A DNA stretch of 42,687 nt from an uncultured Muribaculaceae bacterium (lineage in GTDB: Bacteria; Bacillota_I; Bacilli_A; RF39; UBA660): NCBI GenBank assembly GCA_964438315.1, contig CAYTKH010000001.1, forward strand, positions 1 through 42,687, in the 5' to 3' direction. The stretch's first letter is position 1. Each line of letters begins with the position of its first letter. A program made the translations under genes and the position numbers. The notes under the pieces were generated by a model. It did not search any database and was not told the origin of the DNA. It saw only the letters and a program-made list of their open reading frames with translations. Positions 1 to 9,900 of this stretch are shown in pieces.

Positions 1-57
1 TAATTATAGATCTTATTTTTAGGTTATAAATCTCCACACTTATTCTACACTAACTGC

Positions 58-88
58 AAAAAAAATAAGCTAACCAACTAAGGCTAGC
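58..88 (-). terminator. Rho-independent terminator after the endolysin gene
   Basis: Minus-strand RNA folds as GCUAGCC-uuaguu-GGUUAGC (one G.U pair), followed by a U-run (A8 at 58-65 on the + strand). It lies just downstream of the lysin stop at 100. Confidence 0.6.
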
Positions 89-99
89 CTCTTTTAATT

Positions 100-987
100 T
101 TAAAATAATTTTATATTATCCCATCTAGTTAAACCATTTTTAAGGTTAAGATTTACTTGTCTTTGTACTTCATCATAGTTAGAGCCTAAAGCTTTTCTAC
201 GAGCTTCTCCATTACCGAAGTCCCCTTTAATAGTTTTCTTAACTAATTCAAGAATATCTACTTGTGGTTTTGGTGCTGAAGTTGGTGTTGATGGTTTATT
301 ATTACCAGCTAACATCTCATTTACTTTAGCTTGTACTTCGCTATATCTTGAACCTAGAGCATTTTTACGAATGTCACCATTTCCATATTTACCAGCTATA
401 ACCTCTTTAGCTAACTCCTCTATTGTCTTATTATTTATATTAGTATTGCTTGTGTTAGTTACAGTATTATTTGAATCATTTAATCTCTTATTTACCTCAT
501 TAGCAATATATGGAAATTTGCTTTGTAGATATGGTCCAGGACAAGTGGTATTAGCAAACATATTATGTCTAGTTAAGTTACCACTAGAGTCTCCAGTATA
601 ATTTAAACTATCTATTCCATTTCTTTTGCATATATCAACACATAGATTGATTAAACTTTCTATCGCTTTATCTGATACATGCCAATTAGTTTTTGCTCCA
701 CCATCATTAGCAACTTCAATAGTTATAGCTTGATGGTCATTTTTCGGATTTGAGGAACACCAACTACGATTCTTTTCTTCTACATACATTCCAATCCTTC
801 CATCAGAACCAATTCCATAATTAGAACTTGCTTGTCTTTTAGCATTTGCAAAAATTCTACCACATGTTTCAATTGATAAATTACCAGCCATATGATGGAT
901 AGTAATCTTCTTAATTTTATTATTTCTAAAATTACTATTTGGTGAAATAGCTACATAATTTACTAAAGAACTATTACTCATTTTCAT
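100..987 (-). CDS. Endolysin: N-acetylmuramoyl-L-alanine amidase (Amidase_2/PGRP type) with two C-terminal Cpl-7/CW_7-like repeats
   Basis: Amidase motifs ITIHHMAG..SSNYGIG..AITIEVANDGG..TTCPG. Two repeats, GKYGNGDIRKNALGSRYSEVQAKVNEML and GDFGNGEARRKALGSNYDEVQRQVNLNL. The likely start is the ATG at 987 (or 981) behind SD GGAGAGGAG; the track ORF extends to 1020. Confidence 0.85.
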   Translation of the reverse strand: MKMSNSSLVNYVAISPNSNFRNNKIKKITIHHMAGNLSIETCGRIFANAKRQASSNYGIGSDGRIGMYVEEKNRSWCSSNPKNDHQAITIEVANDGGAKTNWHVSDKAIESLINLCVDICKRNGIDSLNYTGDSSGNLTRHNMFANTTCPGPYLQSKFPYIANEVNKRLNDSNNTVTNTSNTNINNKTIEELAKEVIAGKYGNGDIRKNALGSRYSEVQAKVNEMLAGNNKPSTPTSAPKPQVDILELVKKTIKGDFGNGEARRKALGSNYDEVQRQVNLNLKNGLTRWDNIKLF

Positions 988-1105
988 CTTTCTCCTCTCC
1001 TTTGTTATTTGATAATTCATTTATTGTATCTTCTTGCACTTCTTCGTCTGTTTCAACAACTGCTAAAACATCTTGTATTTCTTCAATAACAATTTCTTTT
1101 TCCAT
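974..1105 (-). CDS. Small acidic ORF (43 aa) between holin and lysin
   Basis: Hand-translated as MEKEIVIEEIQDVLAVVETDEEVQEDTINELSNNKGEEKDENE. SD AAGGAGGT lies 7 nt upstream. It overlaps the lysin start. Confidence 0.3.
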   Translation of the reverse strand: MEKEIVIEEIQDVLAVVETDEEVQEDTINELSNNKGEEKDENE

Positions 1106-1153
1106 TTTCTTTACCTCCTTTGAAAAAGATTAATTATATAAAAAAGAGAACAA

Positions 1154-1435
1154 CTACTTGTTTTCTTCTTTAACTTTGTTAAAATTACTTAAGCCATTGC
1201 TACCTAAACTTATTGATATAGAAGTTAAAATATATAAAACTATATCAACGTATTCAAAGGTATTATTTACTACATTTGTTATAACTAATAGCATTAATGA
1301 TACAAAAAAACTCCAATATTTTGTTGGAATTTTATTTATAAATTTTAGTTCTTTTGTAAATTCTACTACCATAAATACTATTGATATAAAACTAGCATAA
1401 GTTTTTAATATTTCCCATGTCAAAAAATTTTCCAT
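1154..1435 (-). CDS. Holin (small multi-TM membrane protein)
   Basis: 93 aa with 2-3 hydrophobic helices and a charged C-terminus (KVKEENK), directly upstream of the lysin. ATG at 1435 follows SD GAGGTG. Confidence 0.65.
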   Translation of the reverse strand: MENFLTWEILKTYASFISIVFMVVEFTKELKFINKIPTKYWSFFVSLMLLVITNVVNNTFEYVDIVLYILTSISISLGSNGLSNFNKVKEENK

Positions 1436-1451
1436 TAAAATCACCTCTTTC

Positions 1452-1763
1452 CTATTTGCGAATTTGTTCTAATAAATATTCTTCTATTTCTCTTATAGAT
1501 TGTGTAACTGGACCATTGCACCCCTGTTCTTTTAGTCCCTTAAGACAAGCAAGTTGCCCCTTTAGGAGAATCAAATTTTCTTCTTTATTTTTCTTATTAT
1601 CCTTTTCCAATATTTCAATTCTTTCACAAATATCATTTAATTCTTGTGTAATAGTCCTTTTTAACCATTTTTTTATATAACCATATAAAAGTGCTATTCC
1701 TGTACTTAAAGTACACAAAAAAAGGACTATCGCACTTATTTGTCCTAAAGTAATATTTTCCAT
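1452..1763 (-). CDS. BhlA/UviB-like holin-associated membrane protein (N-terminal TM plus coiled coil)
   Basis: MENITLGQISAIVLFLCTLSTGIALLYGYI forms a TM helix, followed by a charged coiled coil. It sits at the head of the lysis cassette. Confidence 0.4.
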   Translation of the reverse strand: MENITLGQISAIVLFLCTLSTGIALLYGYIKKWLKRTITQELNDICERIEILEKDNKKNKEENLILLKGQLACLKGLKEQGCNGPVTQSIREIEEYLLEQIRK

Positions 1764-1790
1764 TTTTATCACTTCTTTCCTTTTTTTATT

Positions 1791-2183
1791 TTAATTATTT
1801 AATACTATAGTACCTGATAATTTTAACCAACTACTCGTTCTCATTCTAATATAGACACCTCTTTCGCTAATTGTTTTTTCACCAGTACCATCGGTAATAT
1901 ATATTTGACAGTCTGAGAAGTCAGACCTTCCGTTATAAGTTATTACTATTAATAATCCATATGGATATGCACCACGAGGAAATCCCTCGATATTTTCATG
2001 ACCTACTCCAACTTGATAAATTTTAGCTGATTTAGGACCTAAATCACTATAAAGTTCATTCCAACTTTTATTAGAAAGATAAGGTAATACACCAAAATCT
2101 AATATTTCATTCAATGATTTTCTGTTATGAATTATACCTGTACTATCTATTTTTTTATCATTTCTTAATTCATATGTATTCAT
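1791..2183 (-). CDS. Receptor-binding 'knob' paralog C (tail fibre tip protein)
   Basis: N-terminal box KIDSTGIIHNRKSLNEIL is shared with 2208..2591 and 2618..3493. The C-terminus GVYIRMRTSSWLKLSGTIV resembles the end of 2618..3493. No SD is visible upstream. Confidence 0.5.
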   Translation of the reverse strand: MNTYELRNDKKIDSTGIIHNRKSLNEILDFGVLPYLSNKSWNELYSDLGPKSAKIYQVGVGHENIEGFPRGAYPYGLLIVITYNGRSDFSDCQIYITDGTGEKTISERGVYIRMRTSSWLKLSGTIVLNN

Positions 2184-2207
2184 TTTTTTGCTTTAAATAA
2201 TCGTTTA

Positions 2208-2591
2208 TCAAATATTTTCATATGGTATTTTTACCCAATTAGTCCATACGCCATCTATAAGTTTTCGTAAATAGATATTCATATCACTCATCTGTGAATA
2301 GAATTTTTGTAAACAATATCCAGCCTCTACTGGATAATTTACAACTTCCAAATATCCCCATTGCATTGCATTTTCTGTTCCATATAAAGGACCATTTATT
2401 AAATTATTACCATAATAAAATCCTGTGCTTTTTATATTATTTAAATCTTCACCAAAGATATTTTTACTATATCCATCTTTTCCACATATTGGAATACTAG
2501 AAACAACATCACTCAATAATTTTCTGTTATGAAATATATTTGTACTATCTATAAAACGATTATTCCTTAATTCAAAACTACTCTTTTGCAT
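2208..2591 (-). CDS. Receptor-binding 'knob' paralog B (tail fibre tip protein)
   Basis: N-terminal box FIDSTNIFHNRKLLSDVV. The C-terminal domain is divergent and ends WTNWVKIPYENI. No SD is visible upstream. Confidence 0.5.
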   Translation of the reverse strand: MQKSSFELRNNRFIDSTNIFHNRKLLSDVVSSIPICGKDGYSKNIFGEDLNNIKSTGFYYGNNLINGPLYGTENAMQWGYLEVVNYPVEAGYCLQKFYSQMSDMNIYLRKLIDGVWTNWVKIPYENI

Positions 2592-2617
2592 ATTTTTCTA
2601 TGTTAGTAGATGCTTAT

Positions 2618-3493
2618 TTATACTATTTTTGATACAAATGTACCAGATAATTTTAACCAATTATCATTCCTAATTCTCACATATATGTATCTGCCTTCAG
2701 TATTACCTATATTATCTTCAATATAAATTTGTGTGTTCGTATAATTATTATTTATACCTATATTTATTAATATTCCATAGTTATAACAATCTTTTGGAGC
2801 ACCAATCAAATTACCACCACCAATTGCAAATAATTTTATTCCATTATTATAATTATCAGAATATATTGAATCAAAATTTGCATTTGTAATATATTCATAA
2901 GTTTTAAGTAATTCACTTAACAATTTCCCATTGTGAATTATATTTGTACTATCAATATTTGTATATCCAAACTCTTTATATTCCACAAATGAAGTTGCCA
3001 CATTACCTTTTTCTAATTGAACTTTTCCACAATTTAGTGTATTTCCTATTGTTGAAATATCTGCCGAACCAATAATTATTGCTATTATATAGATTGACTG
3101 TTCAGCTTTAAAAACATATCCCTGTAAAGCATTATCTACTGATTTATAGGCTTCTCCATAAATTATATCTTTATATATAATAATTTTAGAATTAGATGTT
3201 ATAGTGTAGTTTTGACCAACTTCTAAATTGGAAATAGTATAATATACAAAACCACCACCACTAGCAGTTCTTGTTACTATCAATTCATTATTATTTATAC
3301 TAATACTTAAATTTTTACTTACAATAAGATTGTTATAATCAAATAAATTCTTACAAGTAATATCTTCAACTATTATACTTCCCATTGATTCTTGACCTTT
3401 AAAAACATCACTCAACAATTTCCTATTATGGGTAATACCTGTACTATCAATATAAGCATCTTTTTTAAAAATAAACGATTGTTTGTTAGCCAT
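2618..3493 (-). CDS. Receptor-binding protein paralog A (two-module tail fibre protein)
   Basis: Carries the conserved box twice: YIDSTGITHNRKLLSDVF at the N-terminus and NIDSTNIIHNGKLLSELL at aa 179-196. The C-terminal knob ends YIYVRIRNDNWLKLSGTFV. SD GAGGTGA lies 6 nt upstream. Confidence 0.6.
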   Translation of the reverse strand: MANKQSFIFKKDAYIDSTGITHNRKLLSDVFKGQESMGSIIVEDITCKNLFDYNNLIVSKNLSISINNNELIVTRTASGGGFVYYTISNLEVGQNYTITSNSKIIIYKDIIYGEAYKSVDNALQGYVFKAEQSIYIIAIIIGSADISTIGNTLNCGKVQLEKGNVATSFVEYKEFGYTNIDSTNIIHNGKLLSELLKTYEYITNANFDSIYSDNYNNGIKLFAIGGGNLIGAPKDCYNYGILINIGINNNYTNTQIYIEDNIGNTEGRYIYVRIRNDNWLKLSGTFVSKIV

Positions 3494-3641
3494 TGCTAAT
3501 CACCTCGTTTAATCTAACATTAAACCTCCAATCTCTTGAAGATTTATTAGAAGAGTATGTTTTAAACAGCATACCCTCCCTTCTTGTAAATTTGGCTTGT
3601 AAGCCCCCCCCCCCCGTGTGGGTTATTATATTATTTTTCAT
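3486..3641 (-). CDS. Unannotated 51-aa bridging ORF containing the G12 tract
   Basis: Hand-translated as MKNNIITHTGGGGLQAKFTRREGMLFKTYSSNKSSRDWRFNVRLNEVISNG. SD GGGAGGA lies 6 nt upstream. The start overlaps the upstream stop (TAATG) and the stop overlaps the downstream RBP start (ATGGCTAA). Confidence 0.4.
   Translation of the reverse strand: MKNNIITHTGGGGLQAKFTRREGMLFKTYSSNKSSRDWRFNVRLNEVISNG
3604..3615. repeat. Homopolymeric C12 (G12 on the coding minus strand)
   Basis: Read directly: aag-cccccccccccc-gtgtggg. It is conspicuous in otherwise AT-rich DNA. Confidence 0.95.
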
Positions 3642-3835
3642 TAATCTTCCTCCCAACTATCTACTAATTGAAATATTGAATTAAATATTTCTTCATCTGT
3701 TGCTACAGCATCATTTATTGCTGATTCTATATCATCTTGCATTTGATTTAAATTTTGTACATTCAACGGTGTTGACGTGTCTGGTAAATTTTTAAATTCC
3801 TTTTTAGTCATTTCAACTTCTTTTATTTTTGCCAT
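3641..3835 (-). CDS. Short tail-fibre N-terminal (anchor-like) protein
   Basis: LPDTSTPLNVQNLNQMQDDI resembles the N-terminal motif of Firmicutes phage tail-fibre proteins, but the ORF is only 64 aa. ATG at 3835 follows SD GAGGTG. Confidence 0.4.
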   Translation of the reverse strand: MAKIKEVEMTKKEFKNLPDTSTPLNVQNLNQMQDDIESAINDAVATDEEIFNSIFQLVDSWEED

Positions 3836-4043
3836 TATTTTCACCTCTTTCTTTTTTAATATAATTATTCATATTTTTTTCTAATTCCTTATTAGACATT
3901 AAATCAACTTCATTTAAAATATTCGATAGTATAATATGTAATAAACAAAGTGGTAAATTATTTCTTTGACATATTTCATTTATACTACTCACTATTTCAT
4001 TTTTCGATAATTCCATAGCTACATCTATTGTTTTATTTTCCAT
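3813..4043 (-). CDS. Hypothetical tail-region protein
   Basis: 76-aa ORF lying between the fibre genes, with 11- and 23-nt overlaps with its neighbours. Confidence 0.4.
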   Translation of the reverse strand: MENKTIDVAMELSKNEIVSSINEICQRNNLPLCLLHIILSNILNEVDLMSNKELEKNMNNYIKKERGENNGKNKRS

Positions 4044-6927
4044 TTAATAATTCCTCCAATTTTTCTATTTTATTTTGCATAACTTTACATATTGTAAGTA
4101 AATATTTATCAAATGTATCTGAATTATACTTTTTTACATAAATACATCCTTTAGGCATATTTTCTTTTGTATAATCCTCATAATTTGAAAAGTCTAATTC
4201 ACTTTTATTTACTTTTGCTACATCACCTTCAAAATCAAAAAATTTATTATAATTTTCTAACTTTTCAATTTCATCGATTATAAAACCATATTGATGTTTA
4301 TTTCTATAAAAGTTGTATTTATAATCATAGCTGTATATTTTAATATCTTTCAATAAATTATAAGCTTCAGTATAATTGGTAGAGTTAAATTCTTTTATAT
4401 TTTCTTTTACATTTTTTGATGAAGCACTACCATTGTCCGTTTTGATACGTGCATTATTTAAATTGTGACCTTTAGCCCAAATACTAGAATTTCCTATAGC
4501 CTCTAAAGAAATTCTAGAATGAATATAGATAGAAGCATTAGATGCTATTTCTACTCCTTCAGCACCATAAATATTAAGTTCATAATTAGTACCTTCTGCA
4601 TTATTAGGACCTTGATAAATAACAGACTTCAAACTACCAGGATTTTCCTGATTTGTACCTGTTAAAAAGTAAATTCCTCTAGTTGAGCCATTCGCTAAGT
4701 TGATGGCACTCATATATGGATGAGTTGTTTTTCTTGTACTAAAAAAACCTCCGCCATCTGTTGAAATTTGTGTTTTTCCATCAGATTCCACTGAGAAGTA
4801 TTTAGATATTTTAATACTACCACCCGTGATATTACCTAAGTTTGAACTAATACTTGATAGAGTTGTAATATTTAATTTTGAAGCATCTATAGATCTAGAA
4901 CTAATTCTTGCTGCACTTATGGTTCCGGATACAATTTGATTGGCACTAATATTTTGAGCTGATATATTTTCGACTGTAATGATATCTTGTGTAACTTTAC
5001 TTATTCCAACAGCTCCATCTTGAATTTTTGAGTTAGTAATAGCACTATCGCTTACTTTATCACTTGTAATAGATTTATCTACGATTTTATCAGCTGTAAT
5101 AACACCTGCTTGTATGTTTTCAGCTTTTATAGCACCTGCACTAATTTCATTTGATGTTATTGAACCTGTTGTTATTCTATTACCATTTATAGTTGTTGTA
5201 GTTCCATCGTTTATTAAACTTATTATTCCATTAATATCTATCTTACTTGCTAAAATTGATATTAATTCTGGACTTTGATTTATAGATGATATAACTTTAT
5301 TTTTGGCTACTCTAGAACTTATATTTTCTGCCATTATTTGAAATTGTGCATTAGTTTGTTCTGCTCCTGCTTTTTTATTAACTTCTAATTCTATTTCTTG
5401 CTTTGTTTGATTTATAACACTATTCATTTCAACTTTTAAGGCAAATTGAGTTGTAAAAGGATTAGAAGCTAGTAATCTAATTTGAAGATAACCACTTGTA
5501 TATCCTAATAATTCAACTTTGTAATTACCATCCGTCAAATGAATTCTTGGATATTCAAATTCAATTGTTTGTGGTGTACCTAATAATTCGTTTACTCCAT
5601 TTACACCTGTATGTTTTAATTTTTTATTGACATAGCATGTTTCACTAACATAACTTAAAATGAACTCATCATATGTATCTTCATCATAATAAAGTAAATC
5701 TATTGGTAATTCATAATCAAATATTTCACCAGTTGTTAAATTATTAAATCTTAAGGTTCTATCTTTTAAATACAGATTATCATTTGGATATAAAGTTTCA
5801 CTTGGATATATATATGAAATATCTTCACCTATAGGCCGAACAACTATTGTAATAGGTTCTGATTCATTTACATTATCTAGTGTTAGTTTTGCTATAGTTG
5901 ATTCACCACTTACTGTAATATCAGCTATATCACTTATTTTTGAATTTAAATTATCCACAGTTTGTGTTATTTTAGCTATTTTCTCATTTTGATTATTGGT
6001 TTGACTTACTATATTTGTTATTTGTTGTGAAGTAATTCCTATTTGAGCTAAATATTCTTCTTTTGTTGTATATTTATTTGAAGCTTCTGATTTTACACCA
6101 TCAATATACGTATTTAACTCAGTCGATGTTATATAAGTTTGTGATACAGTTAAAGTTATCTCATCTATTGCCTTTTTAATTTCTGAAAGCATTTTTCTAT
6201 CTATTTCAGTTATACTAGGTAGTATGTAAACAGTATGGTACTGTTCTTGTTCAATTTTAAAAGCTTCAACATAATCATCTCTTTTTTGCCAGTGTTCATC
6301 ATTAAATACACTTGAATTTTCAACAGCTATTTTGGTTTCTGTTCCAAACCATAAATCACCTTTTTTATAATCAGACGGATTTTTTAAAAAGATTTTTTTA
6401 TAACCATCAATAACATCAAATAGAGAACTAGGAACACTTCTTTTTACCCATTTATAAGTAACGGGGTTAGTAGTTTGTTTAACATACTGAAATGTATCTG
6501 ATAAATCATGCCATAAATCACTTATATGCTTTTCTTTATCTAAATCAGTGGGCCAATCTATACTAGGATCTCTAGCACAATAAAATGATTCTATTAAACC
6601 ATCTTCTTGCTCAACATACTCTAGTTTATTAACATCATATATAGCCTTTAATGAATTACTTATATCTTCAGTATTTACGGCCAATTGCCAATCGGACATA
6701 GAAAAAGAACCAGTTAATCGGTTCTTTATGCACTTATATATTTTACCATCTAATACTAATAAACTATTTACATAATAAGGTGGATTAGGTGGTGCATTGT
6801 AATTTTTAGGAAGAATTTTTATTTGTTCATTATTTAATTCTGTTTCTTCCTTTAAAATTTTCTTTAAATACCCCAAAGTAACATTATCATTATCGTATTT
6901 TGGATTTCTATTATTCAATTTAAACAC
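4033..6927 (-). CDS. Tail fibre/spike with a C-terminal S74 intramolecular chaperone (autoproteolytic) domain
   Basis: S74 signature near the C-terminus: GSASSKNVKENIKEF...YSYDYKYN...HQYGFIIDEIEKL. There is also a long run of I/V-x-S/A repeats (SITSNEISAGAIKAENIQAGVITADKI...). Confidence 0.7.
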   Translation of the reverse strand: MFKLNNRNPKYDNDNVTLGYLKKILKEETELNNEQIKILPKNYNAPPNPPYYVNSLLVLDGKIYKCIKNRLTGSFSMSDWQLAVNTEDISNSLKAIYDVNKLEYVEQEDGLIESFYCARDPSIDWPTDLDKEKHISDLWHDLSDTFQYVKQTTNPVTYKWVKRSVPSSLFDVIDGYKKIFLKNPSDYKKGDLWFGTETKIAVENSSVFNDEHWQKRDDYVEAFKIEQEQYHTVYILPSITEIDRKMLSEIKKAIDEITLTVSQTYITSTELNTYIDGVKSEASNKYTTKEEYLAQIGITSQQITNIVSQTNNQNEKIAKITQTVDNLNSKISDIADITVSGESTIAKLTLDNVNESEPITIVVRPIGEDISYIYPSETLYPNDNLYLKDRTLRFNNLTTGEIFDYELPIDLLYYDEDTYDEFILSYVSETCYVNKKLKHTGVNGVNELLGTPQTIEFEYPRIHLTDGNYKVELLGYTSGYLQIRLLASNPFTTQFALKVEMNSVINQTKQEIELEVNKKAGAEQTNAQFQIMAENISSRVAKNKVISSINQSPELISILASKIDINGIISLINDGTTTTINGNRITTGSITSNEISAGAIKAENIQAGVITADKIVDKSITSDKVSDSAITNSKIQDGAVGISKVTQDIITVENISAQNISANQIVSGTISAARISSRSIDASKLNITTLSSISSNLGNITGGSIKISKYFSVESDGKTQISTDGGGFFSTRKTTHPYMSAINLANGSTRGIYFLTGTNQENPGSLKSVIYQGPNNAEGTNYELNIYGAEGVEIASNASIYIHSRISLEAIGNSSIWAKGHNLNNARIKTDNGSASSKNVKENIKEFNSTNYTEAYNLLKDIKIYSYDYKYNFYRNKHQYGFIIDEIEKLENYNKFFDFEGDVAKVNKSELDFSNYEDYTKENMPKGCIYVKKYNSDTFDKYLLTICKVMQNKIEKLEELLNGK

Positions 6928-6930
6928 CTC

Positions 6931-9900
6931 CTATTTATATATTTTGTTGTCTTTTATTGTAAATCCTAATTCTTTTAGCTTCTCACTTTTTTCATACTTA
7001 GTAATATTTGATTCTAATATATATTTAATTAAGTAATCATCATAATTTGAAAATCCTATTTTTTTTGCAAATGTAGATTTTTCATATTTACTCATATTTA
7101 AACTATTAATATATTTTAAAATGTTATTATCATATTTTTTGTAACTTTTATATGTCATCTTAGCAAGAATTGCCTTTTGAGAAATATTTAGGTTCAAACC
7201 ATTTATATAATTTAGAACCTTATTCTTTTTAGAATCAGAAATAACACCTTTACCGTCATAATCACTTTCAAACTCTTGTGAATTATATTTAATAAATTCT
7301 CTAATAGGTATTTTCATCGCTATTATATCATTTACTTTTGATTCATCAGAATAATATTTAGAATATAAATGTGCAAGCTGTTCATCACTTAAGTTTGAAT
7401 TTAAACACAAATCTGCTATTTCCTTATGTTTATCAGAAGATTTTTTTACTTTTTCTGACTTTATAGATGACATCTTGACTTTTAAATTATAATATTCATT
7501 CTTTTGACTTTCTGACATATTTAATTTATCTAAGTTATCTTTATCGGATTTATCAATAACATTTTTTAGCATTATATTTTTTTGATTAACAGTTATATCT
7601 TCTAATTTATTTATATAATCAACCTTATCTATATTTTTTTTGCCTGCTTTAGTTAATCCTTGATTATAATTTCTATATTCTGTACTATTCATCTGTAAAT
7701 CTTTCATTTCTGATATTTTTGTTGATTTTATTGTTTTATAGCCACTTTCTATATAATCTTGAGCCTCTTTACTAGAATATTGACCAAATAATAAAGCTTT
7801 ACCAACACCTATAGGACTTTTATCTGCTGTAAATCTTAGATTACCACTATCTGTATAAGAACCTGCTGTAGGCAATTTTTTACTGTACATTTTAGCACCC
7901 TCTATTGTCTTTTTAAGTTGACCTCCGCCAAAAGGCATTGCTATATAAAATATAGGTTTAGATAGTTCTTTATATAAAGTTTTTCTTGCTTTATCAGAAG
8001 TAAAAGCATCGGGAATATTTTTTAATACATCATCCGTATTTGGAATTGCTGCTTGTATAGGTAACCTACCTCCTCCGAATACTCCCCCTACAAATGGTAG
8101 TTCCCCAGCTAAATCTTTTGATACTTCAGATAATTTATCACCAATAGACAAATTATCATTAGTGGCTGTTTTAATAGAATCATAAGCTATATCTATTGGA
8201 CTAAATGCACTATCTCTTCCAGTAAGTGATTTACTAAATTTATTATACAACCATGCCCCTACAAATATTTTTAAAAAAGCTGATACAAGTTTATGTTTTG
8301 CCTCGTTGCTTAAATTTCTTGGTAAGTCTTTTAACATATATCCAAACTGATTATTTACTTCTAATTGAAAGGCCGTAAGTAATTTAGTAAAAGCACTTTG
8401 CTTATTAAAAATCGTTGGCATACTTCCTTTATCACGTCCACCCATAATACTTTTAGCAAAGTTATTAGCATTATTGATAGCTTGTAATTCTGTCATTCCT
8501 TTTTCTATGTTATCGTAGTATTTACCACGTACGATAACATTTGCAGTAATTGAATCTACAGCTTCAAATATAACACTAGCTTTATCATTTATCGTATCTA
8601 GTTTAGTTTTATATAATCTATCTGCTGATTTCGTCCTATTTATTAAAAAAGTTGAGCAATTATCAAAACCATCGTTATGGAATTGATTTGCTATACTGTC
8701 TTTTATAGCTTTGGCCATATTTTTTGTTGATACTTCTCCCCAAGCCTGTGTTATTGGTATAAAATTAGTTAAAGCGGAAGAAATATTAAATCCAACCATA
8801 TTAGCACTGACTCTAGATTGAATATTCTTCATAATTGTATAGCTATTACGTCCAAATAGATGTTCCATGCCACGATCACCAACATCTTTTTTATTAGCAA
8901 GAGAATCAGTGTAATCCCTTAATTCGGTAACAAAATTAGGAAGAGGATTATTAATTTTTGCAAATTCTAAATCTATTAGAGCTTGTTTTTGTTCCATATC
9001 GTATTCGGGATTATTAGAAATCTTTTCGATTGTATCCCGTATAGATTTATCAGTATATTGTGTTCTAATTACTGTTTCTAATGCTCTAAGCTTTTGAATA
9101 TCCTCTGTATGAAAAATTAAATCTGCAGCACCTCTAATATAATTATCAAAACCTTTTAAAGCATCATAATCAGTTATCTTTCCCATTCTCCTTTGGGAAT
9201 TTTTAAAGTATGTTTTTCCTGGTTTAAATAAATCAGTAGTACCAGCTATATCTGTAGGTAATTCTTGATTATTAACTTTGAATCCTAATTTTTCAGCTAA
9301 TTTAGAAAACTTTGTTTGTCGTGTTTCTTCAATAAAATGGGGAAAATAACCTTTTCTATAGTCTATTTCTGGATATCCCTGTTCTTTTAAAATAGCATTT
9401 ATTTTTGGTAGTAATTCGTCATATATTTTTCTGAATTCTTCTACTGAAGTAGATAATTTATTATAATTTAATTTATTCTTTTCAATATATTCATCCACTT
9501 GTAAACCAGTTAATAAAGTCTCAGAATTATATTTATATTCACCCAACATTTGTACTGCTATAGATTCCCTTTGATTTAAATTTAATTTTTTAACTCTTTC
9601 ATTATACGAAGTTATAAATTGTTCAATTTTAGCATTATTATCAGTTATTGGTTTAAAATATGTATTATACATTGATTCTGCCTCATGTTTAGGCATCATA
9701 TCATATAGATTTCTTTCCATTGTATTAATCTTATATTTCAATCCACTAGTCTTATCGTTCCAATCTACCATATTTTCGGTCAATTTATAAGCAAGATCAA
9801 TATATTGTTGTTTTTTTGTTATTCGTTGTTCTTTGATTTTAAATTCCTTTGACTGCATTGTTTTATTTTTATTTTCTAAAAATTTTATTCTTCTATCATA

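Noticed and set aside
1-99. Left attachment site or the 5' half of the ABC ATPase gene at the window start
   Set aside because: All three plus-strand frames contain stops in the first 60 nt, and nothing resembles Walker A or LSGGQ coding sequence or the dyad partner of the right junction. The left prophage end is probably outside the window.
1791-3493. Diversity-generating retroelement as the explanation for the repeated tail-fibre sequences
   Set aside because: No reverse transcriptase ORF exists anywhere in the window. The repeats are in-frame N-terminal boxes, not a template/variable-repeat pair with adenine-specific differences.
3493-3684. Plus-strand ORF containing PPPP, encoded by the C12 tract
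   Set aside because: It is antisense to the coupled minus-strand ORFs, has no SD, and its sequence is hydrophobic and low in complexity. The tract is better explained in the minus-strand context.
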